A DNA stretch of 63,721 nucleotides, counting the filler, from Chlamydiia bacterium (GTDB lineage Bacteria > Chlamydiota > Chlamydiia > Chlamydiales > FEN-1388): the NCBI GenBank assembly GCA_903848235.1. It is 8 parts of 8 records of this genome, joined end to end, with 100 filler letters (N's around TTAATTAATTAA, not from the genome) between each part and the next. Parts side by side here need not be neighbours in the genome. Positions count along the whole stretch, not along the records: positions 13,288 to 25,031 come from CAINFV010000099.1; positions 25,132 to 41,808 come from CAINFV010000100.1; 6 more parts are not named here. One strand, given 5' to 3'. The number at the start of each line of letters is the position of its first letter. Position 1 is the stretch's first letter. The notes below the pieces were generated by a model. That model saw nothing but the letters and a program-made list of their open reading frames with translations. It ran no database searches and had not been told where the DNA came from. A program made the position numbers and the translations under genes. Shown here piece after piece: positions 18,633 through 28,838 of the stretch.

Positions 18633-19208
18633 ATGTACGAATATCTCGAAGGAACACTCCATGCTATCCTCCTCGACTCCGCCATCCTCGATATTGGTGG
18701 TATCGGCTACCATATTCATATCGCCAAGACCAGCCCTGCTCGTTGCAATCCCCTAGGGCAAAAGCTCAAGCTCTACGTCGATCTCGTCATCCGAGAAGAC
18801 TCGCATACCCTCTATGGCTTTGCCTCGCCCCATGATCGTGATTTCTTCCGCCTTCTTCAACAGGTCAGCGGTATTGGCCCAAAAGTCGCTCTTAACATCC
18901 TCAGCCATTCCCCTGCTGAAGAATTAGCCACGACAATTTTCCGCAAAGATACAAAATTCCTCTCTTCTATTCAGGGCATAGGCAAGAAGCTGGCAGAACG
19001 ACTTGTCTTAGAACTCCATGAGCGCATTGACGAGTTTGTTTCTTCAAGCACCTTCACCTCTATCTCCCACGATGCCATCCGCGCTCTTCAGACACTTGGC
19101 TTTTCAGCAACAGAAGCCAGGAATGCTATTTCGACAGCGCAGAGGGAATCGCCCTCTCTTTCTTCTGTCGAGCAGATTGTACAATACGCTCTTTCTAGCA
19201 AGAGGTAA
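18633..19208 (+). CDS. ruvA: Holliday junction DNA-binding protein RuvA
   Basis: MYEYLEG, IREDSHTLYGF, VSGIGPKVA and GIGKKLAERL. Confidence 0.95.
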   Translation: MYEYLEGTLHAILLDSAILDIGGIGYHIHIAKTSPARCNPLGQKLKLYVDLVIREDSHTLYGFASPHDRDFFRLLQQVSGIGPKVALNILSHSPAEELATTIFRKDTKFLSSIQGIGKKLAERLVLELHERIDEFVSSSTFTSISHDAIRALQTLGFSATEARNAISTAQRESPSLSSVEQIVQYALSSKR

Positions 19209-19213
19209 TAGCA

Positions 19214-20242
19214 ATGAAGCTTCCTGAAAAAACGAGTATTCATTCCATCGCCATTCGCTGCCCGAATTGGATTGGCGATGCTGTTATGGCAACACCGGTG
19301 TTTCATCAGGTGAAGCAGCTCTTCCCACAGGCATTTGTCACGGCGATAGCTCATGAACCAATTGCACAGCTGCTCGATGGCGTTGAAGGAATCGATGAGT
19401 TTTTAGTCTTTTCAAGAACAACGAGAAGAAAACGAAAGGAAGAGGCACGGGTTTCCAAGGAACTAAAGACTCGGGCTATCGACCTTGGCATTCTGCTGAC
19501 AAACTCTCTGTCATCAGCGTGGATGTTCTGGAAGGGACATGTAAAGTGGAGAGTAGGGACAGGGGACCATATCCGACGGTTCCTTCTCAATATCCCCGTG
19601 AAAACAGAAAGCAATGAGCAACATGACGTGTTGTCCTATAGGGAGATTCTCCGACCTTTTGGAAGTGTTCATGAACATCCCCATCTCGAGCTAAAGGTCC
19701 GAGACGAAGAGCAACAGAAGATGAAAGAGATGCTCGCTCGCCTTGGCAGAAGCGAAGATGAGAGGCTTGTGATCATTAACCCCGGCGCCGCTTACGGCTC
19801 TGCTAAATGCTGGCCTCAGGAGTATTTCCGAGCAGTAGCAGAGGCATTAAGTCAGAAAAAAGGCGTGGTATGCGTTTTTGTTGGTGATCATGCTTCAGAG
19901 CCAATGATTGATGAGATTGTCCGCAATTTACCGAAGAATGTTATCAACCTCGCTGGGGCGACGTCGCTTCGGGATCTGATGGCGGTAATCTCTTTGGGAG
20001 ACTGCATCCTCAGCAATGACTCAGGACCCATGCATATCGCTGCCGCTTTTAAGCGCCCCCTGCTCGCCATTTTTGGATCTACCAATCCAAAGAGAACAGG
20101 GCCATGGGAATGCGGCAAGGTATTATATAAACACGTCGCATGCTCTCCATGCTATTTACGAGAATGTCCTATTGATTTCCGCTGCATGCGCCGCATAACC
20201 CCAGAGCAGGTTCTCGACGCTATCGAAGAGATACTGGCATAA
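19214..20242 (+). CDS. waaF: LPS heptosyltransferase II-like (GT9)
   Basis: PNWIGDAVMATP, NPGAAYGSAKCWP and NDSGPMHIAAA. Confidence 0.88.
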   Translation: MKLPEKTSIHSIAIRCPNWIGDAVMATPVFHQVKQLFPQAFVTAIAHEPIAQLLDGVEGIDEFLVFSRTTRRKRKEEARVSKELKTRAIDLGILLTNSLSSAWMFWKGHVKWRVGTGDHIRRFLLNIPVKTESNEQHDVLSYREILRPFGSVHEHPHLELKVRDEEQQKMKEMLARLGRSEDERLVIINPGAAYGSAKCWPQEYFRAVAEALSQKKGVVCVFVGDHASEPMIDEIVRNLPKNVINLAGATSLRDLMAVISLGDCILSNDSGPMHIAAAFKRPLLAIFGSTNPKRTGPWECGKVLYKHVACSPCYLRECPIDFRCMRRITPEQVLDAIEEILA

Positions 20243-20253
20243 CACAAGGCCAA

Positions 20254-21450
20254 TTGATGACAGATACCAGTAAGCTCATAGAGCAACGTACAGCCATTGA
20301 ATCGTTGAGAGTAGCTTCCCACAGACATCTGACACCTGTCGCGGCTCCAGTAGGGCCGTCGTATTCCCACCCTTCTTTGATCTTACAGGGAAGGAAGCTC
20401 GGGTGTGTGGTGATGGCAGGAGGGCAGGCGACACGTCTTGGCTCTACATCGCCAAAAGGAGTCATCCCGTTTTCTGCTGTGGCTAACAAACCGCTCTTAC
20501 AAATTATCGCTGAAAAAGTCAAAGCATACTCACGCTGTTATGGAATTGAACCCTGCCTTGCCATTATGACATCGGAAGCTTCCGACGCCGCAACACGAAC
20601 GCTCTTTGAAAATCACCAGTTTTTTGGCTTGCGATCTGTAGAGTTTTTTGTACAGCCATCATTACCGCTGTTGGATATGACAGGAGAGCTTATCACCGGC
20701 AGCGATGGAACAGTGCTAACGGGTCCTGATGGCAATGGCAGCGTGTTTGCTGGTCTCATGCGTTCTGGGATAGGAGAACAATGGGAGCAAGATGGCGTGG
20801 AAGGCGTCTGCCTCATCATGGTCGACAACCCTCTTCTTGATCCTTTCTGTCCGGCGATCTTCTCCCCGATCTTCGAAGGCTGCGACCTGACGGCAGCCGC
20901 TATAGAGCGGGCCAGTGCAGAAGAGCAGGTGGGGCTCTTCGCAATCGATAATAAACGCCTTTGTGTCGTTGAGTATTCAGAGGTAGATCCCGTGCTCAGA
21001 GCCGCACGAGATGACCAGGGGCACCTTGTATTCCGCTGGGCGAACATCTCCTTTTTTGGGTGCAGCATACCCTTCTTGAAGGAAGCGGCGGCAGCGCCCC
21101 TTCCTCTTCACGTTGCGAAGAAAAAAGTCCAGGGAATAGAGGTTTGGAAGTCAGAGTATTTTGTCTTTGACGCTATGTCCGCAGCACGAACCATCACCCT
21201 TATCCCCCTCGAGCGCGAGGCATGCTTTGCACCAATCAAAGATACTCTAACTCTTGAAAAAGCTCGCTCTGCAATGGTAGCACGGGACAGAAGGCGTTTT
21301 TTTGAGCTCACAGGGGTAGAAGCTGAGGCCTCAGTCCCTTTTGAACTGTCTGCCTCCGCTTTTTATCCATCAGATCGTTTTTTGACTTGGCTGCGCGGCA
21401 ACATCTTGCGACGAGGCTTTCTCGAAGAGCCTTCAGAATCTTCCTCTTGA
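20254..21450 (+). CDS. UDP-N-acetylglucosamine/UTP-sugar-1-phosphate pyrophosphorylase (eukaryote-type UAP family)
   Basis: MAGGQATRLG..PKG, PDGNG, VDNPL, VEYSE and FAPIKD. Confidence 0.88.
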   Translation: MMTDTSKLIEQRTAIESLRVASHRHLTPVAAPVGPSYSHPSLILQGRKLGCVVMAGGQATRLGSTSPKGVIPFSAVANKPLLQIIAEKVKAYSRCYGIEPCLAIMTSEASDAATRTLFENHQFFGLRSVEFFVQPSLPLLDMTGELITGSDGTVLTGPDGNGSVFAGLMRSGIGEQWEQDGVEGVCLIMVDNPLLDPFCPAIFSPIFEGCDLTAAAIERASAEEQVGLFAIDNKRLCVVEYSEVDPVLRAARDDQGHLVFRWANISFFGCSIPFLKEAAAAPLPLHVAKKKVQGIEVWKSEYFVFDAMSAARTITLIPLEREACFAPIKDTLTLEKARSAMVARDRRRFFELTGVEAEASVPFELSASAFYPSDRFLTWLRGNILRRGFLEEPSESSS

Positions 21451-22151
21451 GGCGGAAACATACGCGCTATCTCAGTTGCGGTAAGAGTTCTAAACTCACC
21501 GACGGGAATCGTGCCAAGTGCGAGATCTCCGACTTTCACCCGCTTGAGCTCGATGACGTTAAGCCCTGCTGCTGCCAGCATTTCGCGCACCTCATGGCGT
21601 CTTCCTTCTTGAACGACAATGCGAAGTGTTGAGCGTCGTATCTTCGACACTCGCTGTGGGCGCACATGAGCTCCTTCTACTACACATCCTTCAGACAATG
21701 TAACAAGATGATCGTGGGTTACTTCTTGATCTACCTTCGCAATATACTCTTTTTTTATTCCACCCGAAGGGTGCATCACTCGATTGGCAAAGTGGCCATC
21801 GTTTGTGAGGATGAGAAGCCCTGAAGTATCTTTATCAAGCCGCCCTACGGTAAACAGGCGAATGCCAGGAGAGACTTTTATCAAGTCTATGGCTCGATAT
21901 CTAAACTCTGCAGCATTCGTGCAGTGATATCCAACGGGCTTGTTCAGGGCATAGTAGACTTTTTTTGGCTGAGAGGTGAGGCGCTTGCCGCCGACTTCTA
22001 TGATATCAACGAGAGGATCCACCATCGTCTGTGGAACGATCTCTTTCTTTCCATTAACGGTAGCCGCCCCGTCGAAAATAAGCTGCTCTGCAGCCCTCCG
22101 CGATGCAATGCCTGCCATTGCTATGACTTTACTCAAGCGCTGTTTTGTCAC
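21363..22151 (-). CDS. rluB: RsuA/RluB-family pseudouridine synthase
   Basis: S4 domain; VGRLDKDTSGLLILTNDG. Confidence 0.9.
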   Translation of the reverse strand: MTKQRLSKVIAMAGIASRRAAEQLIFDGAATVNGKKEIVPQTMVDPLVDIIEVGGKRLTSQPKKVYYALNKPVGYHCTNAAEFRYRAIDLIKVSPGIRLFTVGRLDKDTSGLLILTNDGHFANRVMHPSGGIKKEYIAKVDQEVTHDHLVTLSEGCVVEGAHVRPQRVSKIRRSTLRIVVQEGRRHEVREMLAAAGLNVIELKRVKVGDLALGTIPVGEFRTLTATEIARMFPPQEEDSEGSSRKPRRKMLPRSQVKKRSDG

Positions 22152-22190
22152 TGTAAGATCCCCTTCTCCTCGGTATGCTAATCGCCCCCC

Positions 22191-22943
22191 TCACGATGAA
22201 GAAGTCACACGACGATATGAATTGTTCTCAAAAGCATACGTAATAGGAACTCCAGTAGCAAGCTCATACCGAAGGATACTCTCTTCGTCCATCTGTTCTA
22301 TATGTTTGATGATAGCGCGAAGAGAGTTACCATGCGCTGACACCAATATCGTCTTCCCTTCTTGAAGCGATGGCTTAATCGTCCCTTCGAAATACGGAAG
22401 CGTTCTTTGAAGCGTCATCTCAAGGCTCTCTCCTTCTGGAGGAGGAGTACGATAGCTACGCCGCCACTGGTGAACGAGATCCGCGCCAAACTTTTCAGCT
22501 GTCTCTTTTTTGTTCAGCCCTTGAAGAGCGCCGTACATCCGTTCGTTGAGAGCTTCATCCATATAGACTGGTAAAATCCGCGCAAGCGTGGCATCAGAGT
22601 ATATTTTTCCCCATGTATGCATCCTTCCCGTTGGATGCTGGATAACTGGCGTCTTGCCACTTGGATGATCACACAGAGCAATCATCGCTGTCATTGTCGC
22701 TCGTACAAGGGCAGAACAATAGACGATATCAATGTCATATAGCGCCAATGCCTTGCCTGCAGCAAACGCCTCTTCTATTCCTTTGACAGAAAGCGGCAGA
22801 TCTATCCATCCGGTGAATAAGTTAGCTTTGTTCCACATGGACTCGCCATGGCGAAGCAAGATGAGATAATTTGGTTTTGCCACAGAAAACACCTCGTTAG
22901 TTTTGTTCCTCAATCTGCCACATTCAATAGTATTTGTCTCCAA
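22191..22943 (-). CDS. gpmA: 2,3-bisphosphoglycerate-dependent phosphoglycerate mutase
   Basis: LLRHGES.WN..NLFTGW, LNERMYG and AHGNSLR. True start probably slightly downstream. Confidence 0.93.
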   Translation of the reverse strand: METNTIECGRLRNKTNEVFSVAKPNYLILLRHGESMWNKANLFTGWIDLPLSVKGIEEAFAAGKALALYDIDIVYCSALVRATMTAMIALCDHPSGKTPVIQHPTGRMHTWGKIYSDATLARILPVYMDEALNERMYGALQGLNKKETAEKFGADLVHQWRRSYRTPPPEGESLEMTLQRTLPYFEGTIKPSLQEGKTILVSAHGNSLRAIIKHIEQMDEESILRYELATGVPITYAFENNSYRRVTSSS

Positions 22944-23131
22944 TCAGAAATTTAACATCCCTCTGCGATATAATAAAAAGATTTTTAGAGCAGTAGAAAA
23001 ACCCTCCTAACTGGGAGAAACCGGAAATTTCTATATTAACACTATAATATTGCTCAATAATAACAATAGTAGTATAATCTTTACTATTGCTACAGTTTAA
23101 TAACCTGTTTAATAGTCGGAGAACACTAAGT

Positions 23132-24235
23132 ATGCACGTTGTAGAAACTGCTCGTCAAATTCAAGCCGCGATATATCACGCCGTTGATACAGCCGTTGTA
23201 GAAGTTCGCAAAGCCGCTCATAGTGTCCAAGAAAAAGTCAAAACGATCGCAACAAGAGCCTTCAACACAATTTTTTCGCCTGCCAAGCGTGTCGCGCTTC
23301 GAGGTCAAATTCACGAATTACAATCAAATGCTTCAGCATGCGCACATGCCATCGCCTCTTCGGTAGGCAAAATGGCAACACGTGCATTCCGAAGTCTATC
23401 GAAATCGCTAGAATCTATGAACTCCTCCATTCAGGCTACTGTTCTTCGAGTCGATCACCAAGTGAACAAGACCGTCTCATCAATCCTCGACACCATGATC
23501 CCTTCACGGAAAGAAGCCAGAATGCTCAAAGGAAGTGTCAAAACCCTATCCTTGCAGCTGCAAAATGCTCTGCAAATGACGGAAGGTTTTGCTGCGTCCG
23601 CCGAAACCCAAAATGCACGATTTGAGGAAGCTTTGCGTACAGCATGTGATGCGCAAGAGCTTACCAAGGGTTTTGCAGCCGACGCGAAAGAGCAAGCAGC
23701 ACGTGTTGATGCCTCTGAAGAGAGGGCTCGCGAATTCCAAAAAGTTTCCGCTCATGCAGCTAATGCTCAAGAAGCGCGAGCAGAGAGAGCAGAAAGAGAT
23801 GCAAAAGAAGCCCGTGATCAGTTAAGGAAAGTATCTACTGAGGCAGAATCACTTAAAAGCCGCGCAGAAGGTGCGGAAGGTGATGCTGTTGCCAAAACGG
23901 CTCAACTTGAAGATGCTGTTCGACGAATACGTGCCCTGGAGCTGCAAATCGAGACACTTCGCAGCGAGCAAAAAGCTGCCGTTGATGCCGCTGCTCGTCC
24001 ACAAGCACTATCACCTCTTCCTCCAGCTGCAGATAACGATGCCGAGGTTGCAGCTGCATCAGCAGGACTTCCTGAAGGTGGAGTTGAAGGTGCTGGCGGA
24101 GAAGACGTTGAAAGAATCGCCACTCCTGCACACCATGCTAGAACGTCAAGATCTCGAGTAAGTACAAATCATGCCGTGAAGACGCCCTCCTTGAAAGTAT
24201 GTCTGCAGGGATCGGGCTATCCGAAACGGAATTAA
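23132..24235 (+). CDS. Ala-rich coiled-coil hypothetical protein
   Basis: GGAG RBS; long helical region with a disordered tail. Confidence 0.75.
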   Translation: MHVVETARQIQAAIYHAVDTAVVEVRKAAHSVQEKVKTIATRAFNTIFSPAKRVALRGQIHELQSNASACAHAIASSVGKMATRAFRSLSKSLESMNSSIQATVLRVDHQVNKTVSSILDTMIPSRKEARMLKGSVKTLSLQLQNALQMTEGFAASAETQNARFEEALRTACDAQELTKGFAADAKEQAARVDASEERAREFQKVSAHAANAQEARAERAERDAKEARDQLRKVSTEAESLKSRAEGAEGDAVAKTAQLEDAVRRIRALELQIETLRSEQKAAVDAAARPQALSPLPPAADNDAEVAAASAGLPEGGVEGAGGEDVERIATPAHHARTSRSRVSTNHAVKTPSLKVCLQGSGYPKRN

Positions 24236-24277
24236 GAAGAAGAAAAAGTTTTCTTCTCTCTATGTAGACACCCTCAC

Positions 24278-24312
24278 AGTCCGCTTGGAAGCTCCAAGCG
24301 GACTTTTTCTTT
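24278..24312 (+). terminator. Rho-independent terminator
   Basis: AGTCCGCTTGGA-AGC-TCCAAGCGGACT followed by a T-run. Confidence 0.75.
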
Positions 24313-24713
24313 TCCCAATCACTTGAGAATCTACGTTGTCGCAAGATAGGTTGAACCTTGGCATGTAAGTCATTGGAAACCTAAAACTTACACCATAACC
24401 CCATCCCTAACTTGTAAACCCCGGCTAGTTATGCCAAAAAAATTTGAAGAATTGGTTTTTGCCTTACCCGAAAGCCACATCTCCGACTCCGAAAAAACAG
24501 CCCCTATAGCCAATAGTGGGCGAGGTTTTCTGAATCGAATCTGTGATCTCCTGAGTTGGAAAATTCCCAATCCTTAAACTTGTTTTGGTATATAAATTTT
24601 TATGTACACGATCCCACACTGATACTATTGTGGCGTTTAACAGCTCGTCTTCAAATCTGGGCCGCTTGGCTATTCTCTAGGATCCACGTCGTTAGGAGAC
24701 CATCTGAAGCGCT

Positions 24714-24929
24714 TTGCTCCTCTCTAAGGAGGCAACCGCTGACATTAGTTTTACGAACAATGGATTTACCATTAACTCAGCCGGGACCTATGCGCTCCAA
24801 TATGGCTTGACGGCGGTGGCCAATCAAGATTTCGTGGCCAATACGTATCCGACAATCATGATTGGGCAGCAACCTGCAATGGCGCCATTTGCCGCTCTCC
24901 AAAACATGTTCATAGTTGATCATTGCTGA
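24714..24929 (+). pseudogene. Possible BclA-C/C1q-like beta-domain fragment
   Basis: GFTINSAGTYALQY resembles [14 protein letters not shown] in the collagen-like protein at 42675. Confidence 0.35.
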
Positions 24930-25383
24930 TCAATGACCAAGTTTTGGCCAAGAGCAACCACGCTCTTGAATTAATTTCCTGGCGCTGCGATTGCTCGCCG
25001 TCCGTTCCCCCGCGGGACAGACAACTATCCCNNNNNNNNNNNNNNNNNNNNNNNNNNNNNNNNNNNNNNNNNNNNTTAATTAATTAANNNNNNNNNNNNN
25101 NNNNNNNNNNNNNNNNNNNNNNNNNNNNNNNGAAAGCCCGAGGTGCTGCCTTTTGCCCGTTTATAGAGCCTTGGGGATGTCGCCCCAAATTCTAAAGTCG
25201 CAAAAAATAATTTTGTGAATTTCAAAATGTAGTGGCGAATCCATCAAACTTCATCGCGATCTTAGAGAGGAGGTCGCTGAACTTGGGATAAAACAATCAA
25301 GTCAGGGCTTGTGGCCTGACAAAACTTAGTGGTTATCCTGTTTATCGTATGTTCTCAAAAAATCATGCGGGAACCAAACGTCG

Positions 25384-26782
25384 GAGATATAACCGAAAGT
25401 TGTGTTTGAAGTAGGAAGGGTGTACCCTCAATGAAGTTTTTGACTAGTAAACAAAAACATTGAGGAGAACGCCCATGAGGAAAGATCTCATTTTGCCGAA
25501 ATTAGATCCATCAGAACATTTCAGGAAAGCGTTGGAAGAGACCTTGAGAGAAGGAGCTCGTCAGTTGCTGCAACAAGCCATAGAAAACGAAGTCCAGGAA
25601 TTCTTCGATGAATATAGGGAGTCGAGAACAAAAGATGGTCAGCTCTCTGTGGTGCGCAATGGATATCTTCCCAAACGGCTGGTTCAGACAGGCGTAGGAT
25701 CTATACCAATACACCAACCACGAGTTAGAGACCGAGAAAAGAAACGCACTTTCTCTAGTGCCATTTTACCGCCCTATATGAGGAGAACCCTAAGTATCGA
25801 ATCCGTCGTGTCGGCTCTTTATCTTCAAGGAATTTCTACCAACAATTTCCCTGAAGCTCAAGAGGCGATTTTAGGCGAAAATGCAAAAGGACTTTCACCG
25901 ACAAATATCGTCCGTCTTAAAGAAGGCTGGGAAAACGAATTCAAGGATTGGAACAATAGTGACTTGTCTGGAAAGCATTTTGTGTATTTCTGGGCAGACG
26001 GTATCTATTTCAATATACGGCTTGATGATGACCGGCCATGCCTTCTCGTCATCATTGGCGCACTAAGCAACGGGAGCAAAGAGCTGGTCGCCATTTATGA
26101 TGGCTGCAGAGAGAGTAAAATCTCTTGGTCTGCAGCCTTGAATGATCTCAAAAGACGCGGACTGACCATATCTCCTTCCTTGGCTATTGGAGATGGGCGT
26201 TGGGCTTTTGGGCTGCTCTCGAAGAAGTATTCCCAAAGACAAAAACTCAGCGCTGCTGGGTACATAAGACAGCAAACATCTTGGACAAGATGCCAAAAAG
26301 CGTCCAAAAATGCGCAAAAGCAATGCTTCATGAAATATTCATGGCACCGACGAAGGAGGCTGCCTTGCGGGCATTCAACGCCTTTATGAATGTGTACGAG
26401 GCGAAATATCCCGGAGCTTGCGAATGCCTCAGAAAAGACAAAAACGTGCTGTTCACCTTCTATGATTTTCCGTCGGTTCATTGGCAGCACATTCGAACAA
26501 CGAATCCGATTGAGTCGACATTTGCCACTGTTCGACATAGAACGAGGCAGACGAAAGGTTGTGGGTCGCGGCTGGCCACTCTCTGACAATGGTTTTCAAA
26601 TTGGTGACATCGGCTCAAAAGCACTGGAGAAGACTACGAGGACATCAACTGATCGAGAAAGTGATCAAAGGCGTCCGATTCAAGGATGGAGAAGAAATGA
26701 AAACGGGAGAGGAAGTCGCATAACTTTATTTTGAGGGGAGGGTGCACTCGGGACTGTCATACACAACATTTGACAATATCTC
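25384..26782 (+). mobile_element. IS256-family insertion sequence (inactive)
   Basis: Imperfect TIRs GAGATATAACCGAAAGTTGTGT versus (reverse complement) GAGATATTGTCAAATGTTGTGT; no TSD. Confidence 0.88.
25475..26723 (+). pseudogene. IS256 transposase with two frameshifts
   Basis: VRNGY, WADGIY, QRCWVHK and IRTTNPIES motifs. A 1-nt loss near 26197 (GDG/ALGFW) and an extra CT near 26582. Confidence 0.9.
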
Positions 26783-26788
26783 CTACAA

Positions 26789-27220
26789 GTGCTCAAAAAG
26801 GTTGTTCTTCGTGATGCTGCAGGCAGACAGCGTATCCTATGGCATTGCATTTGTGATTGTAAGAAAGAGGTAGATGTCAGACAGTCTTCGCTGATTAAAA
26901 AAAGGGTATTAAGTTGCGGATGTTTGCGGAAAGAGAGGGCTAGTTTGGCTACTAGAGGAAACAAATATTCACAAAAACATGGTTTATCGAAAAATCCTAT
27001 TTATAGAATTTGGACTAGATTACGTTCTCGCTCGATGCAAAACAGAATGGAGGTGTATTCAGATTGGAAGGACTCTCCAGAACTTTTTTTGAAGTGGGCT
27101 ATCGAGAAAGGGTATGTCCTGGGTATGTCAATTGTCCTAAAGAATTCCAAGGCTGACTTTGTGCCGGAGAATTGTTTAGTTAAGGACAGGGGGGCTCGTT
27201 GTACACTTCGTACGGTGTAG
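26789..27220 (+). pseudogene. Phage-type HNH/AP2-associated endonuclease homolog, degenerate and 5'-truncated
   Basis: WHCICDC...SCGCL...KHGLS...IYRIW...W...F..WA..KGY...PENC; the usual TIDRID motif is absent. Confidence 0.65.
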
Positions 27221-27416
27221 AGATATGAAGGTTGTTTCAATAACTTGCAGTCCCAAATGTGGGTCTGCAGAATAGGACCAAGTGAAATTCGAGTCGGAGC
27301 CGCCTTCCCAGCCTCTACTTGTTCGACGTATTGCCGGCACCTAAGAGGCGGATATACCCTTTTATCTTTTAGCACATCAGGATCCGTCGTTTCCTTCTAT
27401 ATGAGGGCTTTAGGTC

Positions 27417-27564
27417 CAGGGAAATTGCATGAAGATTTTTCTTACCGCTCCTTCAGAGAGGAAAAGGTCGATCGCGAAACCAATTTTTGTGCAGGATTGG
27501 TTCCCATTCGAGACGATCCCCCTCTCTCATATGGTGAAAGAAATTTCTTCATGCAATTTCCCTG
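27417..27564. mobile_element. MITE family C, 148 bp, 12-bp TSD (IS4-like)
   Basis: 19-bp TIR CAGGGAAATTGCATGAAGA; GGGCTTTAGGTC at 27405-27416 and 27565-27576. Confidence 0.92.
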
Positions 27565-27756
27565 GGGCTTTAGGTCTCCTTGATCCTTTCTTGGTAAATA
27601 ACATTTCAATAATTTTCTTCGCTATTTCTTGATGGTCACTTTCATTTTTTTGATGGGCTATTGAACCTTTTGGACCGAAACATCTATGTACATCCGAGTT
27701 TTGATGGGAGAGGGGAGATCTTAAAAATTTATCACGTAATTGGAATGTTTCAGTCT

Positions 27757-28143
27757 CTATCGTCCTAAGGCCGCTATGCAGGCACTTGAAGGAGAATCTC
27801 CTATCCTTGTGCAGCCGTGGCCCATATGTGAGGCTGGGACCACAGAAATGTACACATCTTGACCGAGATCATTCAGAAAGCGAAGAAGCCTTTCGAGAGA
27901 AAAATTGGTCAAAAAGCCTCTGAGAAGAAGGGATACCTTGGGTTGACTTATCTCAAGAATTTTGGCGGCTTGGGCTTGCGTAAGCTTCCTTTCTGTGATG
28001 ATGTCCTGTATTTTACTCGCGATTTCAGCTTTCGCTAATGCTTCTTCAGGATGGGGCAAGCCAAGATCGGCAAAAACATTACCCGAGCTTTCGGTGTATT
28101 CGATCGTTCCGGTCTGTTTTTTACAAAGTTTTACGTTTTTCAT
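27757..28143 (-). CDS. XRE-family HTH antitoxin (HigA-like)
   Basis: SSGNVFADLG...LTQAQAAKILEISQPKVS...FSLERL. Confidence 0.9.
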   Translation of the reverse strand: MKNVKLCKKQTGTIEYTESSGNVFADLGLPHPEEALAKAEIASKIQDIITERKLTQAQAAKILEISQPKVSLLLRGFLTNFSLERLLRFLNDLGQDVYISVVPASHMGHGCTRIGDSPSSACIAALGR

Positions 28144-28499
28144 TTTGTTTCTTCCTTGAGCCTCTTATAAAGGATCCTGGCTTCTTTTATACGATTTTTT
28201 AATAGATCGATTTCTTGCTTTGGGGTAGTGATGCCGGATTTCGATTTCTTCTGGAAAGCATGTAGGACGAATACAAAATCATCCATTTCGATGGTATAGA
28301 TCACCCTGTAGGTGCCGCTTCGGTCATTTTCACGCACCTCCAGAACCTTGGCGCTACCCATTCCGCCCAACACTTTGGCGTGTTCATGCTTCTTGCCTGT
28401 CTGGGCGCGATACAGAGCGTGCCCCATAGCGCCTCGTATAAGATCTGGAAAGTCCTTTAAATCTTCGTGGCTCGATCCAATCCATAGCAATCGCTTCAT
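28140..28499 (-). CDS. RelE/HigB (Gp49-like) toxin
   Basis: WIGSSHEDLKDFP...GTYRVIY...VLHAFQKKSKSG; ATGA overlap with the antitoxin. Confidence 0.9.
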   Translation of the reverse strand: MKRLLWIGSSHEDLKDFPDLIRGAMGHALYRAQTGKKHEHAKVLGGMGSAKVLEVRENDRSGTYRVIYTIEMDDFVFVLHAFQKKSKSGITTPKQEIDLLKNRIKEARILYKRLKEETK

Positions 28500-28838
28500 A
28501 GGTTTCTCCCACAGAACATTTATCAGTATGCCTGTTCGGTAATAAATACGCAATTGCTGGTTGAATTTTGGGACACAGGTGGGACAGCACCAAGAAATAG
28601 CTGTCAATTTTCCAAAACAATTCTCAACACCAATTAGGGCACAACTCTCTCAATATTAGGTCGATACAGATTGAGAATTGCTGATAGGGGTTGGATTTCG
28701 GCTGACTGTAAATCCCTCGTTTCACGACTCCGTTGGTTCTTTGTCCAACTGCCCCCATTTGTCTTTTGTGCATCTTTTAAATGATCAATTCCGAAAACGG
28801 GGATATCATCCTGTAAAAGCACGAGTAGTGAACACTTT

